Shown piece after piece: positions 16,562 to 26,966 of a stretch of DNA of 64,000 nucleotides. A model generated the notes under the pieces. That model was not told the origin of the DNA. It made no database searches and worked only from the letters and a program-made list of their open reading frames with translations. Source of the DNA: a virus; IMG/VR virus record IMGVR_UViG_3300006931_000001, positions 1-64,000 of that record. One strand, 5' to 3'. The position numbers were made by a program, and so were the translations under genes. Within the stretch, counting starts at the first letter, position 1, and each line of letters starts with the position of its first letter.

Positions 16562-17302
16562 ATGACTAGCGTATCAGTGCTTAAGAACGCGGTGCAGTTG
16601 CTTCATGATGTACATGAAAGCACTGATACGATTCTTGTTGGTTTAAGTGGTGGAAAAGATTCATTAGCCGTGTTGGATTTAGCGGTTAACGAATTTGGTG
16701 CTGACAATGTGCAATGTTATTTTATGTATTTTGTAAGAGGTTTACGTTGTGTAGAAACAATAATAAAGTATTGTGAGCGCAGGTACAAAGTTAAAGTTCA
16801 TTATTATCCACATCCTGATCTTAGTAGAGCATATAAATATGCTCAATTTATGCCGCATAGAGCTAATGCTGGTGTGTGGCGTGAAACCAAGATTGGAGAT
16901 ATAGAGCAAGCTGTACGCGTTGCTTCTGGAATTGATTGGCTGGCATACGGTCATCGCATGACTGACTCTCTAGAGCGGCGTGCGATGCTGCATAAATTGT
17001 GTGGTTTTGATCTCAAAGGACGTCGTGTTTATCCACTCTGGAAATGGAATGCTAACGCTGTTTATGCATATATCAGAGGTCGTCGTATTCCATTACCTCC
17101 AAGATTGACATTTAATAATCGAGTGATGACTGGAGTGGGATTACAGGAGGATGTCCTTTTGTTTTTGAAACAAAAATATCCAGACGATTACGCTAAAGTT
17201 TTGGAGGTATTTCCATATGTCGAAGCACGGCTCGCACGAAGAAAGTTTATTGAAAGCTCGTGGAGAAAAGAAGGAAAAGCGACAAAACGCTCCGCTGGCT
17301 AA
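16562..17302 (+). CDS. PAPS reductase / PP-loop family protein
   Basis: VGLSGGKDS PP-loop, YGHRMTDSLERR, YPLWKW; start moved to MTSV. Confidence 0.85.
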   Translation: MTSVSVLKNAVQLLHDVHESTDTILVGLSGGKDSLAVLDLAVNEFGADNVQCYFMYFVRGLRCVETIIKYCERRYKVKVHYYPHPDLSRAYKYAQFMPHRANAGVWRETKIGDIEQAVRVASGIDWLAYGHRMTDSLERRAMLHKLCGFDLKGRRVYPLWKWNANAVYAYIRGRRIPLPPRLTFNNRVMTGVGLQEDVLLFLKQKYPDDYAKVLEVFPYVEARLARRKFIESSWRKEGKATKRSAG

Positions 17303-18296
17303 AACGCAAAAATATAAATATAAAGAAATTCATCGTAGTGAAATCAAAAACGCACCATACAATCCGCGTCAAATTGATGACCACGCTCGAAAAAAATTAC
17401 AATTAAATCTCAAAAAGAAAGGTTTGATGGCTCCGCTCGTTTGGAATAAACGAACGGGTAATCTTGTTTCTGGTCATCAGCGCTTAGCCATTGTAGACGC
17501 GTTAGAAGGTTCTGCAAATTATAAGCTTGGTGTAGCTGTAGTTAGCTTGTCAGAAAAAGATGAAAAAGAACAGAATATCTTTTTCAACAATCCAAGTGCA
17601 ATGGGCACTTGGGATATCGACTTACTCGGTGAAATGTTAACAGATAAGAAGTCTGGCGTGGATTACAAAGCAACTGGATTTGATGACATGGATCTCCAGA
17701 TGCTGTTTGATGATACTGAATATGCGACTACGATGTTTGATATGCAGAATGCGCCACAGGCAGTTAAGGAGAATGTTGCATCACTAGAAGATATTCAGAA
17801 GATGAAGCGAGCGCGTAAAGAATACAGAGAAGGTGACATCAAAGAGAACGATAGCGAGTTTTATGCTGTAGTTGTATTTCCGAATCGTCAAGCGCAAGGG
17901 CGTTTTATGGAGCGTATCGGTTTGTCTAGTGATGACAGATATGTTGATGGTGTAAGACTGTATTCTTCACTAGAATCTATTAAGCCTCCAACTAAAGGTG
18001 AATTTGTAGAGGACAAATTCTGGATATCCAAAGAACAAAAGAAAATCGTAGACGCTGAAATTACGAGAATTAGTTCATTGATAGAAGGTAAGAATATAAG
18101 AGGTAGAGCTCTAGAGTACATGGCTGTAAATTCCTCACAGACACCTATTGATAATATCGTAGGTGAAAATGCAGCTGACATCAGTAGTGAGGAGGACAAT
18201 GATTTAGAGCTCGCAAGGAAACGTAGAAAAGATAAGAAACGTCGAAAGAAGGAAAAACGTATGCGAGATAAACTTAAGGTGGTAGCTCATGGATGA
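17217..18296 (+). CDS. ParB/Srx-like nuclease-domain protein
   Basis: APYNPRQI...PLVWNKRTGNLVSGHQRL; GGAGG RBS. Confidence 0.85.
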   Translation: MSKHGSHEESLLKARGEKKEKRQNAPLAKTQKYKYKEIHRSEIKNAPYNPRQIDDHARKKLQLNLKKKGLMAPLVWNKRTGNLVSGHQRLAIVDALEGSANYKLGVAVVSLSEKDEKEQNIFFNNPSAMGTWDIDLLGEMLTDKKSGVDYKATGFDDMDLQMLFDDTEYATTMFDMQNAPQAVKENVASLEDIQKMKRARKEYREGDIKENDSEFYAVVVFPNRQAQGRFMERIGLSSDDRYVDGVRLYSSLESIKPPTKGEFVEDKFWISKEQKKIVDAEITRISSLIEGKNIRGRALEYMAVNSSQTPIDNIVGENAADISSEEDNDLELARKRRKDKKRRKKEKRMRDKLKVVAHG

Positions 18297-18606
18297 TGAT
18301 CCAGATAAACAAATATCACCTCAATTTAAGGATATAGCCGTACGCTTATACAACTCAGGTATCGACGAACGAGCTCACGCTGCAGAGCGAGACGCACGCT
18401 TATTGTTAATGAAAGAGCATAATCCAAAAGCTGTGAGCATTTCTGAACTTATCGGTGATGAGGATCCAGAAAAGCAACTTGCAGCTATTGATAAAGAATA
18501 TGCTCGCATACAGCGTGAGTCTGAAGAGGCTGCACGTATAAAGCAAAATGCACAAAATGCACTTGTTGAAGACAGATTTCCACCCCCACCAATGAAGGAG
18601 CGCTGA
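18289..18606 (+). CDS. hypothetical protein
   Basis: Coupled ORF, 105 aa. Confidence 0.6.
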   Translation: MDDDPDKQISPQFKDIAVRLYNSGIDERAHAAERDARLLLMKEHNPKAVSISELIGDEDPEKQLAAIDKEYARIQRESEEAARIKQNAQNALVEDRFPPPPMKER

Positions 18607-18607
18607 T

Positions 18608-18778
18608 ATGAGCACTGATATTCGCAAATCTTATATGATTTGTAATTTCTGTAATCACAGATATCTCGGAAATGTTAAGTGTCCATACTGTGGAGAATTT
18701 GGAGGTAAATTCCAAAGTGATGGAGATGACATCACCAAAAAAACATTTGAAGAGCCAGATCTAAAGAAAGGTTTTTGA
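18608..18778 (+). CDS. Zn-ribbon protein, 56 aa (not in ORF track)
   Basis: AAGGAG RBS; MSTDIRKSYMICNFCNHRYLGNVKCPYCG...DLKKGF. Confidence 0.65.
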   Translation: MSTDIRKSYMICNFCNHRYLGNVKCPYCGEFGGKFQSDGDDITKKTFEEPDLKKGF

Positions 18779-19222
18779 GTGCGCACCTTTGTAGAATTGA
18801 TAGCGCTTGTATCTCAAGACACTGATCAATTGCGTAAGTTTGCTGATATTGATGTTGCAATTGATGATTCAGATGCGACAACTGCAAGCACATTTAATTC
18901 TACTCAGATGACGCTAGCAGCGGGCGCTTCTGGTGTATCAATTCCGTTTGGAGGTGTCACGCGCGCATCAACATTGTTGATCATAGCTCAGTCTGATATA
19001 TCTGTGCAATTGAATGGTAGTGGTGTGCCATACGAAGTTCTACATACACCAGCTGCGCTTACATCAACTGTGTTGTCTACCGTTCAACGTTTCGCTCAAC
19101 CCGGAATTGTATTCTGGCGTGGTAATTTTGATAGCGTTGTGGTTAATAATCTGAGTTCCGTAGACACAGCTGATGTTTATATCGCATTGACAGGTGAAGC
19201 TTCACAAGGACAAAATACATGA
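18779..19222 (+). CDS. Putative virion structural protein (beta-rich)
   Basis: Ala/Thr/Ser/Val-rich; upstream of portal. Confidence 0.45.
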   Translation: MRTFVELIALVSQDTDQLRKFADIDVAIDDSDATTASTFNSTQMTLAAGASGVSIPFGGVTRASTLLIIAQSDISVQLNGSGVPYEVLHTPAALTSTVLSTVQRFAQPGIVFWRGNFDSVVVNNLSSVDTADVYIALTGEASQGQNT

Positions 19223-20163
19223 GTTATATGTATGGACAGATGGCACAAGCTGTTTCGCCAAATCCTAAATGTAATAGTTGCTGGCATTATAATTCTCAGC
19301 GTGGCTCTGATGGCATATGTGAAATTGGTTTGAGACCTATCACCTGTGGTGATGGCGACATGCCTTCTATTGGGTATGCACCTGTGAGTGCGATCGGTCC
19401 TGACGTGGCTGGAACACACGCTCCGAATGGCCAGGCACCGATTCAGCCTGGTAGAGACTTGGTACCTGCATCCGCTTTGTATCGTAATAACAACGGAAAC
19501 GGTGGTACTGTCGCGATGCAAATCGTGACTCTCGGGGAAGAGCACGCAGAGCTAGTTAAAAGCTTGGAACAAGAATTATCTGTCATTTGTAGGTTTCACG
19601 ATAAAACATCACATGCGACTCCTCATGCAGCTGCATTACAGTCATTTGATAGCTGTACTTGTCGCGCGCCGTCCGATCGTCGACTATCTAAGGCATTAAC
19701 ATCAAAAATGAGTCGTGGCATGCTGGCGCGGTTGGGGGAAAATTATGATGATTTAGTGTCTACGTTTGTGGAGAGTGTACGTAAAGGTCAAGACATTAAT
19801 GATGTTCATAAGTCTATGGCTAATACAGCCGTGACCAAAGGATTTTATAATCAAGAGTGGATTGATCAATTTAAGGGTACTCCTTTATTTGATCAAGCAT
19901 TAAAGCTATGCAAAAAAGAATTAACGTTGACTGCAGAGAACATTAAACGTAGAAGTGACTCAGCTAAGCGGCGCAAGGAACGTGAGGCTCACCTAGCAAA
20001 ACTTACTCCTGAACCATCATATAATTATGATGAGGAGTACGCGAAAGAAGAGCAATTGCGTTTAGAAAAACAGAAACTACAGCTTAAATTAGCTGAACAT
20101 CAGCAAAAACAACTGTCATCTACAAAAATGATTAAGAGTGAGAAACAGTTGAACAAGAGGTAA
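19219..20163 (+). CDS. Putative head-associated protein
   Basis: N-terminal CxxC...C; several K|S/A motifs (LVKSL, LSKAL, MIKSE). Confidence 0.5.
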   Translation: MSYMYGQMAQAVSPNPKCNSCWHYNSQRGSDGICEIGLRPITCGDGDMPSIGYAPVSAIGPDVAGTHAPNGQAPIQPGRDLVPASALYRNNNGNGGTVAMQIVTLGEEHAELVKSLEQELSVICRFHDKTSHATPHAAALQSFDSCTCRAPSDRRLSKALTSKMSRGMLARLGENYDDLVSTFVESVRKGQDINDVHKSMANTAVTKGFYNQEWIDQFKGTPLFDQALKLCKKELTLTAENIKRRSDSAKRRKEREAHLAKLTPEPSYNYDEEYAKEEQLRLEKQKLQLKLAEHQQKQLSSTKMIKSEKQLNKR

Positions 20164-20165
20164 TT

Positions 20166-22010
20166 ATGACTGAAGCCACACCAGAAAGCATTCCATCTCT
20201 GGCGTCCGATATAAATAAAGCAGCTGCCGACGCGTTTATGACGCTGGTAGACAAAGCGCGATCGATTCCTACTTCAAGTGCTGGTGTTGGCAATTATCAG
20301 TCATTTGCTCCACCGCCGTCGCATAATCAGCCTAAGGCGTGGTTTACAGATCCATTTGCATTACTAGATTCTGTTGGAATGGGTTATCGTAATCCACCAA
20401 CATATTTGACATATGAAACGCAGCGCCAGGTCAGTGAACGTAATGATATTGTTGCTGCAATCATCATTACTCGATGCAATCAAGCTGCAGCATTTGCACG
20501 ACCGCAAGTCAATAAGTATAGTGTAGGATTTACTGTAACTCCACGGCTCGGAGACAAAAAACGACGTCTGACAGACGGCGAGCGAGATCGCGTATCTGAA
20601 ATTCAAAGCATAATTATGGATACTGGTCGAGATCATAATCTCGGTCGTGATTCATTTGATCATTACATTCGTAAAACTGTTCGAGATTCTTTGACGTATG
20701 ACCAGATAGCTACAGAAAAAGTATCCACAATGAGTGGTTCTATTCACTCATTTTATGCAGTACCAGCTGATACGATTCGTATTGCGCAGCCCAAAATTAC
20801 AAAAGGTACGCCGCCTGCGCTTGCAGATGCAAAACGTGAAATCAAGTATTTGCAGTTAATTAATGCTCAAATAAAGAATGAATACACGCTTAATGAGATG
20901 ATGTTTGGTGTACGTAATCCGCGAACACATGTGAAAGTGTATGGTTACGGATTTTCTGAAATTGAGCAGCTTATTGCAACTGTGACAAGTCACCTTTACG
21001 CAGAAGAGTGGAATCGACGGCAGTTTACACAAGGCTCTACTGTTAAAGGTATATTAAACTTGAAAGGTCCGATGCCGTTGCAGGCATTTGAGAATTTCAA
21101 GCGGCAGTGGCAAGCGCAAGTATCTGGAATTAGTAATGCCTGGAAAACACCTGTAACTAACCAGGAAGGCATCGACTGGATTCCACTTCAGATGAATAAT
21201 GTCGAGATGGGTTACCAGATGTGGATGGAGTATCTGGTAAAAATTATCAGTGCTATTTATCAGATCGATCCGGCGGAAATTAACTTTGACTTGCGTGGTA
21301 GTAGTCAGCAGCAACCGATGTTCATGTCAACCAATGAGGCGCAACAGAAGGTAAGCAAAGACCGAGGTCTTGCACCATTATTGCGCTTCCTTGAAGATAG
21401 TCTAAATAAGCATATTGTTTGGAAGATTGATCCGCGGTTTGAGCTGGCCTTTGCAGGACTAGATGCAAAGACCGAAGATCAGGCGATGCAATTGCGCATT
21501 CAGCAAGTGCAGAATTTTCAAACACTTAATGAAGTCAGAGCTCTAGAAGATTTGCCTCCATTAAAGGATGGCAACGTTCCATTGAACGCTACGTATACAG
21601 CATATTTGATGCAGAAATCACAGATGGATCAGCAGCAACAAATGATGCAGCAACAAGGCGGCGCTGCAGGTAGTGCTCAGCAGCCTGGCGCTGGTCCAGG
21701 AGGCGAAGATGATCCTAATCAAGAGCCGTACGCTTCTAGATTTGGCCACAAACCACCGGGTGATGAGGAAGAAGAAGGCGCTAATAATCTCAATAGATTT
21801 TTACAGCGTAGTGTTCAGCCAAATGATAAATCGAGTGAAGACTCATCGGATGCCGATTCGTCAGAAGTATCAGAATCCGAGATGGAATCTCTGCATATTA
21901 ATGATTGGGATAGTAGTAAGCACGCAGCTGTAAATTTAGGTGATCTGAAGAAAAGTCGTAGTAGTAGTAGTAAAAAACAAGTAAAACTTTTCGATACCAT
22001 GGATGTGTAA
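20166..22010 (+). CDS. Portal protein
   Basis: VRDSLTYDQ, GVRNPRT..VYGYGFSEIE, FKRQW...GISNAWK.P, DPAEINF, SKDRGLAPLL, TLNEVR: SPO1/Twort-like portal motifs. Confidence 0.9.
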   Translation: MTEATPESIPSLASDINKAAADAFMTLVDKARSIPTSSAGVGNYQSFAPPPSHNQPKAWFTDPFALLDSVGMGYRNPPTYLTYETQRQVSERNDIVAAIIITRCNQAAAFARPQVNKYSVGFTVTPRLGDKKRRLTDGERDRVSEIQSIIMDTGRDHNLGRDSFDHYIRKTVRDSLTYDQIATEKVSTMSGSIHSFYAVPADTIRIAQPKITKGTPPALADAKREIKYLQLINAQIKNEYTLNEMMFGVRNPRTHVKVYGYGFSEIEQLIATVTSHLYAEEWNRRQFTQGSTVKGILNLKGPMPLQAFENFKRQWQAQVSGISNAWKTPVTNQEGIDWIPLQMNNVEMGYQMWMEYLVKIISAIYQIDPAEINFDLRGSSQQQPMFMSTNEAQQKVSKDRGLAPLLRFLEDSLNKHIVWKIDPRFELAFAGLDAKTEDQAMQLRIQQVQNFQTLNEVRALEDLPPLKDGNVPLNATYTAYLMQKSQMDQQQQMMQQQGGAAGSAQQPGAGPGGEDDPNQEPYASRFGHKPPGDEEEEGANNLNRFLQRSVQPNDKSSEDSSDADSSEVSESEMESLHINDWDSSKHAAVNLGDLKKSRSSSSKKQVKLFDTMDV

Positions 22011-25000
22011 AATGCAGCCAATGCTTGTCATTGACGTTGTTAAGGCTGGTAAGAAAGGCATGTCTTGGGGAAAACACAAGTACATTGCCAGAATTTTGCT
22101 ATCTAATGGTGAATATGCTTATATTCATCCTGATGATGATGAAGGACATTTTGAACATATAAATGGTCAGTGGCATTTTCGTTTGGCACCTGGTAAGTCG
22201 CTTGCTGCGATTATCAATAGACACCTCTGGGGAGGTTACATAGGTGAAACGAACAAAGCTGGTATCCCTAAAGCGCCAGACGGTTTATTCAGAACCTACG
22301 TGATTATCTCGAATAAAGCGTTGGAAATGCGCAAAAAAGGATTGCTCACGCGAGAAGAAGAAGCTGCAGGTACTAAAAAAGTTATTGGTGCACCGTTTCC
22401 AAATGCTTTATCTAAAGAGCGTGTTGGTGATTACACGATTTTTACTTTTGCTAAAGTTCCTGTGGTTGGTCACGATACCGAAGGTAAAAAACGGTATGGT
22501 GGCTATACTCATATTGATTGGAATGCTGCAGTTATTGGACAGTATAAATATACTGAAACCAAAGAATTACTCAATCATCGTGTCACAGAGCCTGAAGAGA
22601 TCGCAGCCGCGCAGCGATTCCACGACTACATCAAAGAGGGCGGAGGTTCCGGAGACGCTAACACTCTGGCTGGAACAAGCACTCCGCAGGGACAATTCAA
22701 AAATCCTCCGAAGACGACAACAGAAACACAAGCTGCTCTTGGTGTATCGTTACGAGATTCCGATGATCCTTTACCGATTGCCAAATTGTTACGTGATAGA
22801 CTAAATGCAAGGATAAGCAAAAAGAATAAAGGCAAAGTTGGTGCTGCTGTAGCTGCAGAGCAGAGTGGTAAGATCGAAAAATTTCCACAGGATATGATCG
22901 ATCGATATGGTGATGAAGAAACACTACTCAATGCATTACGTGAACGTCCAGCTACGACTTTAATTTCATTAGGTGTTATTACACCAACGCGACACAGCAA
23001 AGCGCTTCTAGAGCGTGTCAGCGAAGAATGGCGTAGAGACATAGTTCGAGGAAGTCGAACAGGCTGGGAAGCACACAAATGGACCAAACTATATGATGAG
23101 TATAAAAAGAAAGATGAGCGTGACGGTTTAGACATGACCGATGAGAACTCGCGGTTGCGTAAACTGCGATCTCAGTTGAGTAGTGACTTAATCAATGAAG
23201 GTTTTGAACACCTTCAAAGAGTTGTGTTGTCGCATGATCCAGCACGTGTTCGCAGACTAGATAGTTATATTGCTACTAGCTTGCGTAATCATATGAACAG
23301 ATTGAGTGCACAGTGGGCACGTAACGAGCAACTTACAGCGCCGTTGGTGGAAGAGCATAACATCGAGGAAGCTGCACATCGTAATCGGCAAACTGCTCCA
23401 TTCAATCCGCAAGATGCTGCTGAATTAGCAAGACTTACACCTGTAGCACTGCACGCAATTAATCGCGTACTGAATACGCAGAATTTTCCTGATACACTTC
23501 GTCGTGTGGTGATGGAGCGCTTGTATCTGAACGCTTCAAACATAGAAGCTGCGGATATTGCAGTGCACGAGCATGGTGAAGCTGAGAAACGTACACAAGC
23601 TGAACAGAGTGGTACCTCATACAAGAGAACATCACGCTCTATGTATCGAGAGTGGGAAGAAGTTGCGCATACACTTAAGACAGTAATAGATCCAGATACC
23701 GGAAAAGAAGTAGATTTGTTAGCGTTAGGTCCTAAATGGCGTGACAGAAAACTGCTTCAGTGGTTTACAGATGGTGTAGAGAAGATTGCTAAAGAACTAT
23801 CTATAGGCTTAGATCCTAAAATATTAAAGGATAAAAAAGCCTTAGAGAAGTTTGGAAAGCAGCACGGATTTGGTGTTGTACCTCAGATGCTTGAAATTAA
23901 CGCTTCTCCTAGTTCATACACATATGCGGAGAAGATGTTTCATGCAACAATGAAAACAAAAAAGAAGGTACCGCGACTTTTGACCAACGAAGGTCAAGCT
24001 GTACGGCGGTATTTTGAATTAGAAGCCAAGCTAGCCGGAACGGCTAGACAGCATGGATCTATAAAAGAAGCATTGGCACGAGAGGCATATCCGGATATTC
24101 ACGAGCGAGAAGTGGATATTTCTACACGTCCAGTTTTTCGTAAGTTGCCAGAACATAAGACTGGACCAGTAAAACATGTTCTTCTGATTCCTGCGAAACA
24201 TGATCTTGGAACGAGCAAGCCACTGCGTTCTATGTCACCAGCCGTGGGATTTTTCTCAGCAAGTCAGAATCAGCAGCTTGCGGCTAAGCTTGGAATTCAA
24301 TTACATAATTTGCGTGCTGGAACAGGTGCAGGCGGAGCCGTGTGGACTCAGCCTAATATCAGTTTAGGCAAACAAGCTCAACGAGAGTTGCACAACGTCG
24401 AAACTCATTATACGCAACTTCAAAAATATGGAAAGGCTCCGCTTGCACGTTTAGAGCAAGCATACAATCGTAATAAGGCAGTAGTTAAAGAATTATCTAA
24501 ACTAGGAACATGGGTGCGAAATGAACGGACACACCAAAACGAGTGGCAAGAAAAAGATTCTGGTCTGTCTGCACTCCACAAAGCAGCACTTGATCTTCAA
24601 TCTGCTAACAACAGAATACGACAGAAAAAAGACGCACGTGCGGCACTTCGTGCGGAGTTTAAAGAAGCGCGGCAATCCGTAGGGACAATCGAAGAGCATG
24701 CACATTTAAATGACAGTGTGCTTGCTAATAAATTGAAACAGCATGAATTAACTGATGAAGATAAGGCAGCACACGCTAAGGCACTTGCAGCATATCAAAA
24801 AATTAGCAATCGTATAGGTGCACTTGTTCCTGAAGTTAAGGATTTGTATGATAATGCTATTATCAAAAACAAGATGTTACCTAATGAATTGCTATCGCAT
24901 GCACGCGCTCATGTAACAACAGTAGTGAATTCGCGGCGTGCACAGCAAGCTTTAATTGAATTTGAGAAAGAGCGACGAGTAACACTCAGTCGTATGAAAA

Positions 25001-26025
25001 AATCATGGATGCCTGCATCATCATTAGTTGAGGCTATCTATGATTATGATTTTGAGTTTAGTCGTTTTGCATTGACGTACGATGACATCATCAAAGAAAT
25101 GCGAGATGTCCAGCATCCCGGTTCTCGTGGTGGGAAATGGCATCGTGGAAGTAAAGGTGAGGTAGTATATGATGTCGGTGCGTCAAATCCATTCCACGCT
25201 AAAAAAGATCCTATAGCACATCAGGCACACAAGTTATTACAGGATATTAAGCCTAAAAATAAACACGAGGCTCTGAAGCACTTAGAGCAATTTGTAACCG
25301 ACAAGAAGTCGGGTGATATTCATAAAGATAAACATGCACTATATGATTATCTTGAACATCACGTAGCAAGAGCACACATCAGAGCACAGGCTGATAAACG
25401 ACAAAAAGAAAACGCAGAAACAAGAAAGCGACGTAAAATGAATGAACGTGAAGCTGTTATGCGCATTGGCGGGCGTAATCGGATCGGTGGCGAAGACGAG
25501 AAAAATCCAGTGACGCCGACAAAGAAAGAGACTGAATACTCACCGTCACCTGATCACTCTATTATGGTGATTGGCGGACATGATGCTATTCGTGGTGAGG
25601 AAAAAACAGAAGAAGAGCCTAAACCTAAAGGTACTACTTCCATATGGCAGCCTGGCGATGACGAACGCAGAGTGGCAGCTGCACAAAAACGAGGCTCTGG
25701 TAGGAAACCATTGACTAATGAAGAGTGGTACCAGGAACAAATTCGTGAAGATAAGAAACGGAAAGAGCGTGCGGCTGCAATTCATAGTAAGCAGCAAAAT
25801 TTAACAGACACAGACAAGAAAAAAGGAAAAGAAGCTCAGCAACAAGCACAGCGACAAAGTGAAATGCGACGTGTTGCTCGTGAATTACCAGACGAGGATT
25901 TTACACCATTTCCTGGTAATGGTGAATTGCCTGAAGCTAAAATTAAAATGCCAGACAAGTTACCAGATAAAAAGAAACACATATTTGCGCGTTTAGGTGC
26001 ATCATTCAAACGCTTATTTATTTGA
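22003..26025 (+). CDS. Large putative head-packaged protein with sigma70-like core
   Basis: SDLINEGFEHLQRVVLSHDPARVRRLDSYIATSLRNHM resembles sigma region 2; HKYIAR..G.YAY and PGSRGGKW motifs. Confidence 0.55.
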   Translation: MCKMQPMLVIDVVKAGKKGMSWGKHKYIARILLSNGEYAYIHPDDDEGHFEHINGQWHFRLAPGKSLAAIINRHLWGGYIGETNKAGIPKAPDGLFRTYVIISNKALEMRKKGLLTREEEAAGTKKVIGAPFPNALSKERVGDYTIFTFAKVPVVGHDTEGKKRYGGYTHIDWNAAVIGQYKYTETKELLNHRVTEPEEIAAAQRFHDYIKEGGGSGDANTLAGTSTPQGQFKNPPKTTTETQAALGVSLRDSDDPLPIAKLLRDRLNARISKKNKGKVGAAVAAEQSGKIEKFPQDMIDRYGDEETLLNALRERPATTLISLGVITPTRHSKALLERVSEEWRRDIVRGSRTGWEAHKWTKLYDEYKKKDERDGLDMTDENSRLRKLRSQLSSDLINEGFEHLQRVVLSHDPARVRRLDSYIATSLRNHMNRLSAQWARNEQLTAPLVEEHNIEEAAHRNRQTAPFNPQDAAELARLTPVALHAINRVLNTQNFPDTLRRVVMERLYLNASNIEAADIAVHEHGEAEKRTQAEQSGTSYKRTSRSMYREWEEVAHTLKTVIDPDTGKEVDLLALGPKWRDRKLLQWFTDGVEKIAKELSIGLDPKILKDKKALEKFGKQHGFGVVPQMLEINASPSSYTYAEKMFHATMKTKKKVPRLLTNEGQAVRRYFELEAKLAGTARQHGSIKEALAREAYPDIHEREVDISTRPVFRKLPEHKTGPVKHVLLIPAKHDLGTSKPLRSMSPAVGFFSASQNQQLAAKLGIQLHNLRAGTGAGGAVWTQPNISLGKQAQRELHNVETHYTQLQKYGKAPLARLEQAYNRNKAVVKELSKLGTWVRNERTHQNEWQEKDSGLSALHKAALDLQSANNRIRQKKDARAALRAEFKEARQSVGTIEEHAHLNDSVLANKLKQHELTDEDKAAHAKALAAYQKISNRIGALVPEVKDLYDNAIIKNKMLPNELLSHARAHVTTVVNSRRAQQALIEFEKERRVTLSRMKKSWMPASSLVEAIYDYDFEFSRFALTYDDIIKEMRDVQHPGSRGGKWHRGSKGEVVYDVGASNPFHAKKDPIAHQAHKLLQDIKPKNKHEALKHLEQFVTDKKSGDIHKDKHALYDYLEHHVARAHIRAQADKRQKENAETRKRRKMNEREAVMRIGGRNRIGGEDEKNPVTPTKKETEYSPSPDHSIMVIGGHDAIRGEEKTEEEPKPKGTTSIWQPGDDERRVAAAQKRGSGRKPLTNEEWYQEQIREDKKRKERAAAIHSKQQNLTDTDKKKGKEAQQQAQRQSEMRRVARELPDEDFTPFPGNGELPEAKIKMPDKLPDKKKHIFARLGASFKRLFI

Positions 26026-26032
26026 GGTAGCT

Positions 26033-26959
26033 ATGCGAGATCGCGAAGTTTTGGATTTTGTACCGATGCCTCATTACGATTTGATGATTCCGCAAAGTGG
26101 AACCGTGTGGTTACGTGGCAAACTAATACCTCCGGTTGATCAATTCAAACTTGATAGTCATCTATTGCCACCTGGGCTTTACAAAACGGTACGTGATGAC
26201 TTAGCAAGGTACTCAACGATTCCTGTGTCACGTGTGGCTTTGCGTAAGAATAATAATGTATATGAAGGAATTATAGATTCCAACGGAGATCCGTATTTGT
26301 TTATTTTAGGTACAGCTGGGATTGCTGTACATAAAGCTGAGAATGATGATGATGCGTGGAAATGGTTTGATGCATTAATTAGCATAGAGCGAAAGGCAGG
26401 ATTACAATTGCAGCGTAAACACTCAGCACAAGCTGTATCTGATTTTTTTGATGTTACACATGACTCAGTGACTAAGGCACTTCCTAGTAAAGACAGATCA
26501 GACTCTACAGGTAGAGCAAAGAAGACAAAATCAAAGAAAGTAGCAGCTAAGAAGGTAGGGAAGAATGGAAAGACACGTTATAATTATCCACAAGATAAGC
26601 AACAGGCATCCAAGAAAAAGCCTGGCGCAGATAAAAATGGTCCACAACGTGTAGCAGAAAAAACGCAAAAGGAAGAACTCACAGGTGCAGATCCTATAGC
26701 CGTACCTCGTGAACCTACACCTAAGCGTGTTAATCCGCAGCATGTAGCTAACCAATTGCAGATGCCAGTGCATACACTAAAACATATAGCCAAACGCTTT
26801 AGTAATAATCCTAAACTTAAAGGACGTTCAGGCTTTATTAGTTTTATGAAGGTTCACTTACGAGCTTTTGCTGAAAAACACAAATTGGATGGAGATTTCT
26901 TTGGACTACTATACGATGCACTAGTTGGTACTAAGCCAACTGTTGCAACTAAATTGTGA
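26033..26959 (+). CDS. Putative head-associated basic protein
   Basis: GAGG RBS; VHKAE, VTKAL; Lys-rich segment GKTRYNY. Confidence 0.5.
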   Translation: MRDREVLDFVPMPHYDLMIPQSGTVWLRGKLIPPVDQFKLDSHLLPPGLYKTVRDDLARYSTIPVSRVALRKNNNVYEGIIDSNGDPYLFILGTAGIAVHKAENDDDAWKWFDALISIERKAGLQLQRKHSAQAVSDFFDVTHDSVTKALPSKDRSDSTGRAKKTKSKKVAAKKVGKNGKTRYNYPQDKQQASKKKPGADKNGPQRVAEKTQKEELTGADPIAVPREPTPKRVNPQHVANQLQMPVHTLKHIAKRFSNNPKLKGRSGFISFMKVHLRAFAEKHKLDGDFFGLLYDALVGTKPTVATKL

Positions 26960-26966
26960 GAAAGAC

